A stretch of DNA of 64,000 bases from Alphaproteobacteria bacterium. Lineage in GTDB: Bacteria > Pseudomonadota > Alphaproteobacteria > RF32 > CAG-239. Of this stretch, positions 57,714-64,000 are shown piece after piece. The stretch lies in the NCBI GenBank assembly GCA_045597005.1, contig JAZODJ010000009.1, forward strand, positions 6,348 to 70,347, written 5' to 3'. Position numbers and translations under genes: made by a program. The notes below the pieces were generated by a model. It saw only the letters and a program-made list of their open reading frames with translations, made no database searches and was not told where the DNA came from. Position 1 is the first letter of the stretch. Every line of letters begins with the position of its first letter.

Positions 57714-58867
57714 TGCAAAAATATATACTTTTTATAATGTCATTTTTTTTACTCGTCGGTTGTTCTAAACAACAACCGGAATCAGATGTATCTTTGAAAG
57801 AAGTACCTTTTTCTGAATTGCAGGGCTTTGATGCAGACGATATGCTGGGGGCATACAAAGCTTTTCGTCGTAGTTGTGAAGCTGTTTCGCTTCAAAGCGG
57901 AGAATATCTGGGAAAATCAGCAATCAAAATAAATCGCAATGATTATCTGACAATTTGTGCTAAATCAGCCGGTATTATGCCTGCAAAATTCAAAGATTTT
58001 GTAAAAGACAATTTTGTTCCTTATTTGGTAACCTATAAAAAATCATCAGAAGGAAAATTTACTGCTTATTATGAAGCAGAACTCAAAGCATCTTATCAAC
58101 GAGATGATGTCTACAAATATCCTGTATATGGGCGTCCGTATGATTTAATTGAGCTGAATTTACAAGATTTTGATCCGACACTTCCGAATAAAAAGCTTAT
58201 CGGGCGCGTAGATAGCGGAAAACTTGTTCCTTATTATACCCGTGAACATATTTCTAAAAACGGGGCCAATGCTCCGGTAATATTATGGGCGGACAGCAAC
58301 ATAGATATCTACGTTATGCAGATCCAAGGTTCAGCTGTTGCGCATATGAAAGACGGAAGCAAAATCAGAATTTCCTATGCTAACAGCAATGGTCGTCCAT
58401 TCAGAGGAATAGGATCAATACTTTTATCAAAAGGACTGGTAAAACCCGGCAATGCTTCAATGGGAAGTATTAAAAAATGGCTTCGTGAAAATCCATCTCT
58501 TGCCGAAATTAATATGAACGAGAACGAACGATATATTTTTCATCGCTTAGGCAATCCAGAAGGTCCTTTAGGCGCTCAGGGAGTTCCGCTAACAGCCGGT
58601 CGTTCATTGGCCGTTGACAAATCATTTGTTCCGTTAGGGGCATTATTGTGGTTAGAAACATCACTACCGGGTGGTACACCGATGAGTAAATTGGTTGTTG
58701 CACAAGATATCGGCTCAGCTATTAAAGGAGCTGTCCGAGGAGACTATTTCTGGGGATCAGGCGGTGATAACATTCTGGAAGAAGCCGGTAAAATGAATTC
58801 CAAAGGGCAATATTATATTTTAATTCCAAAACATTCGGAGTCAGTAAATGGCCAAGAGAATAAATAA
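57713..58867 (+). CDS. mltA: Membrane-bound lytic murein transglycosylase A
   Basis: Lipobox LVGC, FTAYYE, MQIQGS, N.RYIF, SLAVD, AQDIGSAIKGAVRGDYFWG. Confidence 0.92.
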   Translation: MQKYILFIMSFFLLVGCSKQQPESDVSLKEVPFSELQGFDADDMLGAYKAFRRSCEAVSLQSGEYLGKSAIKINRNDYLTICAKSAGIMPAKFKDFVKDNFVPYLVTYKKSSEGKFTAYYEAELKASYQRDDVYKYPVYGRPYDLIELNLQDFDPTLPNKKLIGRVDSGKLVPYYTREHISKNGANAPVILWADSNIDIYVMQIQGSAVAHMKDGSKIRISYANSNGRPFRGIGSILLSKGLVKPGNASMGSIKKWLRENPSLAEINMNENERYIFHRLGNPEGPLGAQGVPLTAGRSLAVDKSFVPLGALLWLETSLPGGTPMSKLVVAQDIGSAIKGAVRGDYFWGSGGDNILEEAGKMNSKGQYYILIPKHSESVNGQENK

Positions 58868-59354
58868 GGCAGATGCAATGGCGTTTAAAGCATTGCAAAA
58901 AGCTATTTCAGAAGACAAGCTACACATTTGTCTTATAAATTCAAAAATAAATGTACCCGGTTCTCCTGTATATAATCCATGGGAGCTGTTATTACCGATT
59001 TTGATTCCCGTATTAATAGGTTTTATTTTAATCGGTTTGGTCGGTATTTTGCTTGGTTTGGCGGTTATGATTGTTGGTATATTGTTATCGTCAAACCTAA
59101 TAAAAAAGAAAATGGAGCATCGCTTGCTTGAACGCACCAAGGAGCGTTTTACTTCAAACTATGAAACATGTAATGAGCTTTGGGATTTCGGTGGAATTGT
59201 TTTGGTAAAGGTTGAAGATAAAAAACAGGGGTGTATATCTCCGGAAGGTAATTGGAAAGAATTTGTTGTTCTTAATTTCTCCGAATATATGACGGATAAA
59301 AAGGTCGAAAAAAAAGACGAAGAACCGGAAATAAACAATGAAAAAGTTGCCTAG
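58848..59354 (+). CDS. Hypothetical membrane protein
   Basis: PGSPVYNPWE followed by TM hairpin; overlaps both neighbours. Confidence 0.72.
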   Translation: MAKRINKADAMAFKALQKAISEDKLHICLINSKINVPGSPVYNPWELLLPILIPVLIGFILIGLVGILLGLAVMIVGILLSSNLIKKKMEHRLLERTKERFTSNYETCNELWDFGGIVLVKVEDKKQGCISPEGNWKEFVVLNFSEYMTDKKVEKKDEEPEINNEKVA

Positions 59355-59904
59355 CATTAATACCCCTAAAGATGTTGATGTATGGGAAGAAGAAGTTCTT
59401 GGTGTAAAACGTATTAAACAACCGGAAGAAAAGCCGTCATCCCCTTTAATTATAAGCGAGGTTGAACCATCTTTACGTACAGAAGGATTGTATAATGCCA
59501 ATTCTTTTAATCCGTTGACAGTAGGAGCTACAAATAATATTGACAGAAATACGGCAGAAAAATTTATCAAAGGTCAAATGCCCATAGATTCAAGATTAGA
59601 TTTGCACGGTCGCACCGAAAAAGAAGCATTTTCAGCCGTTGAGGACTTTATCAAAAATTGTTATATCCAAAATAAACGATGTATTTTGATTATTACCGGC
59701 AAAGGTATAAAAAAAGATGATACTCCATGGTATGAAAGCAAAGGAATAATCAGAGAGGCGCTTCCGGCATGGTTAAATCATCCGAATATTCGTCCTTTTA
59801 TACTTAGTGTATCTGTTGCTAAACAAGAAGACGGCGGTAGCGGAGCATTTTACGTTTTACTTAAAAGACAACGCCAATCAAATCCATCCAAAGAATTTAA
59901 GTAA
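59338..59904 (+). CDS. Smr/MutS2 domain protein
   Basis: RLDLHGRT, LIITGKG, DGGSGAFYVLLKR. Confidence 0.9.
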   Translation: MKKLPSINTPKDVDVWEEEVLGVKRIKQPEEKPSSPLIISEVEPSLRTEGLYNANSFNPLTVGATNNIDRNTAEKFIKGQMPIDSRLDLHGRTEKEAFSAVEDFIKNCYIQNKRCILIITGKGIKKDDTPWYESKGIIREALPAWLNHPNIRPFILSVSVAKQEDGGSGAFYVLLKRQRQSNPSKEFK

Positions 59905-60357
59905 AACATAAATAGCGGCAAATTCCAAAACAATCATAAGCTTGTAGACGTTTTGATAGCTTTTTTTAGATGTTTTGTGCCTAAATACTTTTTGAGCTAT
60001 ATAAGCACCTATCCAACCGCCCAAAAATTCCAGAGTATGCAAATCTTTTTCCGGAATTCGCCAAGCTTTCTTTTTCGCAGCACGCTTATCCGCACCATAG
60101 GCTATAAAAGTGCTTAAATTTATTCCTCCAAGCCAAAAAATCGCAAACAACAACAGAGTTTTATACGATAAAATATTATTAATTCTGAAATAGTTGTTTT
60201 CAAAATAATAAGCCGCTCCTATTATCATTGCTGCATTCAACAAATAAAACTTATTATATCGCAGCATTGGAATTATTGCCGCCATTCCTAAAAGAATTAA
60301 CATAAACGCAATTGTCATCATTTTAAGTATATTCCCCTTTATTAATCTTAGAAACAC
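59878..60357 (-). CDS. DUF1294 family membrane protein
   Basis: YGADKRAAKKKAWRIPEKDLH...GGWIGA...FRHKTSK. Confidence 0.85.
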   Translation of the reverse strand: MFLRLIKGNILKMMTIAFMLILLGMAAIIPMLRYNKFYLLNAAMIIGAAYYFENNYFRINNILSYKTLLLFAIFWLGGINLSTFIAYGADKRAAKKKAWRIPEKDLHTLEFLGGWIGAYIAQKVFRHKTSKKSYQNVYKLMIVLEFAAIYVLLKFFGWI

Positions 60358-60442
60358 ATTATCTTAAACAAAATCAAAAAGCAAATAGTGAATAAGTAAA
60401 AAATTATATTTTCTATTTTTTTGCAATGCAGTTATACTGTTC

Positions 60443-61306
60443 GTGAATATATCTAATGGGAGTTTTATGATGAGAAAACATTTATATCTGGGAATTTGCG
60501 TTTTGGCACTGACTGCTTGCGGAACAGGCAGGGTAGGGCAAAAAAATGCGACTTTAGCCGATATGTTTGTTTGGGGACAAAATGATAACACAAATGCAGT
60601 TGTTGAAGCCACACCGGTACACACAACAATGGTTGCTGTTTCCGAAAAAAATAAATATGCCGGAAGAACAGGAAAAAAGAACGCTACGTTAATGGATATA
60701 TTTTCCAAAGAACAAAACGATACTCCTCAAACCATAGAAGTAAAACATATTGAACAGCCGGTATACGATGCTCCGTATGCTCCCGAAGATGATGGTGTTG
60801 AAGTAAAGTATGTAGAAGTTCAGCCTAATCAGCCGGTTGTTTCGGAAGGAAGAATTGTTGCAAGTGATTATGACGGATACAGTTTGGCTAAAAGAGGCGA
60901 ACGTTATGAGAGTGCTGAATACAACGTAACACCGCAAGTGTACGGTATTGTAGCATCACGCGCTGTTAACAAAATGCTGGCTGATGCTCCGGCAATCTTT
61001 GCTAATAATAAAAATGCCCCTCTTTTTATTGAAGATACCGTTTATGTCGATCGTTACATGCCGGTTTCACCAGATGTAGCCGGAAAAACCGCTAAAGAAA
61101 TTTTGCATGGATCTAAGATGTTCAACATAACGGACGATCGCGAAAAAGCTCAATATATCCTTAAAGGCATGTTAAATAATGTTAATACTCCGGAGATTCC
61201 CGTATTTTTTTATGAACTAAAACTTTATGATAATACCGGTAAATTACAGGGAAAATGGTCTGATACAATTCGTCAGGTTCAAAATGATGATGGAAGCTGG
61301 TGGTAG
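60443..61306 (+). CDS. Lipoprotein with LpoB/CsgG-like C-terminal domain (tentative)
   Basis: Lipobox LTAC (probable start near 60468); C-terminal AQYILKGML...FYELKLYDNTGKLQGKWS. Confidence 0.65.
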   Translation: MNISNGSFMMRKHLYLGICVLALTACGTGRVGQKNATLADMFVWGQNDNTNAVVEATPVHTTMVAVSEKNKYAGRTGKKNATLMDIFSKEQNDTPQTIEVKHIEQPVYDAPYAPEDDGVEVKYVEVQPNQPVVSEGRIVASDYDGYSLAKRGERYESAEYNVTPQVYGIVASRAVNKMLADAPAIFANNKNAPLFIEDTVYVDRYMPVSPDVAGKTAKEILHGSKMFNITDDREKAQYILKGMLNNVNTPEIPVFFYELKLYDNTGKLQGKWSDTIRQVQNDDGSWW

Positions 61307-62293
61307 ATGAAATTTTTCTATACAGCTTTGATTTTAACTTTTGTCGCCCCATTTGCAGTAATTGCTCAAGAGGTCGATACATCAGGAGGAGCATTAGTTT
61401 CTTCAGAAGTATGCGAAAGAATAATCAATGGCGAAAGTAAGGCGTCCGCTCGTGTACGAGCTTCTGACAAAGCATCTTTCAAAGCTGTCGAAGATATTCC
61501 CGAATTACGAGAATTGCGCAATTTTGTAGATGCCCACTATTTTAATTTAAAAGTTTATCGTTTGGTTGATAATTATCTTGATGATATCAAAATCAATGTA
61601 ATTCGTCAAAATGACGAGGAAGTATGTGTTGAAGTTAATGCTTATTTGCCGTACTCGGCAATAAATGAGATGTTTAATGATGCTAACGACAAAGCACAAG
61701 TTTCATCAGATGAAGATATGATAACTCTTGATATAGAAGATGAAGCACTGGATGATAAGGTAGACATAACAATTCCACCAAAGCCTGAAATAACAATAAA
61801 TGAAAATATTGCTTTTGAAAATACTCTTGAAGAAGATGTCGTTGTAGATAATGCCGTACCAACAAAAAAAGAAAACAAGCCCGTTGTTTATGTCGCCAGA
61901 ACAGAATTTTACAACGATACATCTACCAACGGATTTTTTCCCGATATCAAACAGCAACTTAGCGAAAATAAACATATCACGGTTATAGACACACTTAACA
62001 ACCCTAATTACATAATAAAAACCAAAGTTCTAAAAGCCAAAATTGATAATGTAAATTCGGAAACAGGACGTCTGCAAATTGTTGTTGCAGTCGAATTAAC
62101 AGATGTTGCTACATCTAAAATTACCACAGAACATCAAAATCGCTTTGTGTTGTTTAATACCAATGATGATACACAAATTACAGCCGCAAATTTAACAAAA
62201 AAACTAATATCCGAAGGAATTGCTAAAATACTGCCTCTGATAAAAGATGCAGATTCTCGCAACACTTCAGGATCCATAATTACGCCAAATTAA
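61307..62293 (+). CDS. Exported hypothetical protein
   Basis: Signal peptide PFAVIA; C-terminal NYIIKTKV...VELTDVATSKI (CsgG/FlgT-like fold, tentative). Confidence 0.65.
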   Translation: MKFFYTALILTFVAPFAVIAQEVDTSGGALVSSEVCERIINGESKASARVRASDKASFKAVEDIPELRELRNFVDAHYFNLKVYRLVDNYLDDIKINVIRQNDEEVCVEVNAYLPYSAINEMFNDANDKAQVSSDEDMITLDIEDEALDDKVDITIPPKPEITINENIAFENTLEEDVVVDNAVPTKKENKPVVYVARTEFYNDTSTNGFFPDIKQQLSENKHITVIDTLNNPNYIIKTKVLKAKIDNVNSETGRLQIVVAVELTDVATSKITTEHQNRFVLFNTNDDTQITAANLTKKLISEGIAKILPLIKDADSRNTSGSIITPN

Positions 62294-63039
62294 CCAAGCC
62301 AGGCAGGGTGTAATTTTATATTCAAAATTTTTATGAAAAAATCAGTAAGCGGCGGTTGTTGCATACTCAAATAATATCCGTCTATTTTTTCAAACAACTT
62401 TTCGAGTAATACGTTATTTTGTTCAGCGCTTTCCGAGGTATACAATACAAGCTCAACTCCTTTTTCTTTGTACATCACATATTCTACCGAACACAAATAT
62501 TGTCCGACATTATCGGCAATTATCTTTAATATTGCTCTATAGTCTTTAACTGATAAATTAAACGCATGATTACTTGCAAAATCAAAAAGGGTAGCCTCTT
62601 GTTCATACACATCCGGATATTCACCGATACGTTTTAATAAAGCCAAATTACCCGAAAGCAAGGCATATTTCACCATCACACTATAAAAATGTGTTAAGTT
62701 TTCACCGATATTATTCAAACGTGATTGCAACAAAATACCGGCTTTTTCAATTTGCCCTATATTAAGCAGGCAATCGCTATAAATAAGTTCAAAAAAGGAT
62801 GATAACTCTCCACCGATACCCCAAATCTTTTCACCCAGCCCGACTGCTGTAGAACGATTTCCCAACATCAGGTTAGCAAACATCAATCCGATTAACGGTT
62901 CAATTGCATTTTCAGAATTTTGATATATATTTTTTAATTGTTGTTCCGCCGGAGCAATATCAAAAATTTGAGCATAAGGATACGTTAAAAGTTCATTCAA
63001 TATTTCACGTGTTTGTTTTTTTGCTTCTTCATGTTCCAT
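62290..63039 (-). CDS. Hypothetical helical (TPR-like) protein
   Basis: 249-aa ORF 2 bp downstream of dtd. Confidence 0.65.
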   Translation of the reverse strand: MEHEEAKKQTREILNELLTYPYAQIFDIAPAEQQLKNIYQNSENAIEPLIGLMFANLMLGNRSTAVGLGEKIWGIGGELSSFFELIYSDCLLNIGQIEKAGILLQSRLNNIGENLTHFYSVMVKYALLSGNLALLKRIGEYPDVYEQEATLFDFASNHAFNLSVKDYRAILKIIADNVGQYLCSVEYVMYKEKGVELVLYTSESAEQNNVLLEKLFEKIDGYYLSMQQPPLTDFFIKILNIKLHPAWLG

Positions 63040-63041
63040 AC

Positions 63042-63482
63042 TTATTTCCTTTCCAACATAAAAGTTACCGGTCCGTCATTAATTAGGCTGACCTGCATAT
63101 CAGCCTGAAAAATACCGCAACAAACATCTATTCCATAACCTCTTAAACATTCAACAAAATACTCATACATCGGTTTAGCAATCTCCGGTTTGGCCGCATT
63201 TTCAAAACCCGGACGATTACCGTTAGCAGTATCTCCGGCCAACGTAAATTGTGATACAGCCAAAATTTTCCCTTTAGTATCTAATATTGATAAATTCATT
63301 TTTCCGTTTTCATCTTCAAAAATTCGTAAATTGGCAGTTTTTTTTGCCAAATACTCAACAGTTTGTTTGGTATCGTTTTTTTCAATTCCGACTAACGCTA
63401 AAAAACCCGCATCAATGGATGAAATTTCTTTTTTTTCAACTGTAACGCTTGCCTTGATAACCCTTTGCAATAAAACTCTCAT
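63042..63482 (-). CDS. dtd: D-aminoacyl-tRNA deacylase
   Basis: MRVLLQRV, LRIFEDENGKMN, SQFTLAG, GNRPGF, NDGPVT. Confidence 0.96.
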   Translation of the reverse strand: MRVLLQRVIKASVTVEKKEISSIDAGFLALVGIEKNDTKQTVEYLAKKTANLRIFEDENGKMNLSILDTKGKILAVSQFTLAGDTANGNRPGFENAAKPEIAKPMYEYFVECLRGYGIDVCCGIFQADMQVSLINDGPVTFMLERK

Positions 63483-63503
63483 TATAATTTACTCCAATCA
63501 ATA

Positions 63504-64000
63504 TCAATGATAAAACATATAAGCTACTGCGACGGCTGTTATAATTCCTGCCAAGTCAGCCAATAGTGCTAATGGCAAAGCCGCACCGGTTTTGCTTATT
63601 TTTACTGCTCCGAAATAAACAGCCAAAACATAAAAAGTTGTTTCGGTTGATCCTTGAATTATTGAAGATGTAAAACCAACAAAACTATCCACTCCATAAG
63701 CAGAAAAAGCATCAAGCATCATAGCTCTGGCTCCGCTTCCGGACAAAGGTTTCATTAATGCGGTAGGAATTGCATCAACAAAATCAGTATTCAATCCGAT
63801 TTTTTCAAACAATTCAGCCAACCAATCACATACATAATCAAACCCTCCCGAAGCACGAAAAACACCTATTGCAACCAACATTGCAACTAAATAAGGGATT
63901 ATTTGAACAGCAATCTTAAATCCGTCTTTAGCTCCTTCAATAAAAAGCTCATAAACATTTAATTTTTTCACTAATCCGGAAAAGATAAATATTATAACCA
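63504..64000 (-). CDS. Nucleoside-recognition (SpmA/SpmB-type) membrane protein, 5' end beyond window
   Basis: FIEGAKDGF...IIPYLVAMLVAIGVFRASG, MKPLSGSGA, GSTETTFYVLAVYFGAV. Confidence 0.85.
   Translation of the reverse strand, partial: VIIFIFSGLVKKLNVYELFIEGAKDGFKIAVQIIPYLVAMLVAIGVFRASGGFDYVCDWLAELFEKIGLNTDFVDAIPTALMKPLSGSGARAMMLDAFSAYGVDSFVGFTSSIIQGSTETTFYVLAVYFGAVKISKTGAALPLALLADLAGIITAVAVAYMFYH

Overview
AT-rich alphaproteobacterial chromosome segment. The lineage markers are ctrA next to fliI-fliJ, yfgM-bamB-der, anmK/tyrS divergent, and secB/tim44-mltA-smr. Placement in a host-associated, anaerobe-leaning lineage is inference from the class III RNR and Fe-S serine dehydratase. Most of the window is housekeeping: tkt, fba, eno, serS, trpS, tyrS, ileS, pepF, nrdD/G, a bat-like VWA operon, dtd and tRNA-fMet. 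Lineage-specific material sits between these genes. The most notable items are: (1) an unannotated Ile-rich leader peptide (MYDFCIISIISRIIP) with alternative pairings directly upstream of a type-2 ileS, which looks like a ribosome-mediated attenuator; (2) a ~1.45 kb cassette after eno, flanked by a 43/44-bp direct repeat, carrying its own promoter, a short terminated RNA, a toxin-like ORF interrupted by one in-frame TGA, a 14-bp hairpin and a membrane protein; (3) two paralogous, translationally coupled gene pairs of unknown function 33 kb apart, one behind a consensus CtrA box; (4) a class III RNR whose glycyl-radical finger is a separate small gene; (5) an integrase remnant at tRNA-fMet; (6) a giant repeat-containing orphan protein; (7) several small ORFs missed by the ORF track. 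No CRISPR array, rRNA or intact mobile element was seen. All family assignments come from motif recognition by eye, not database searches.
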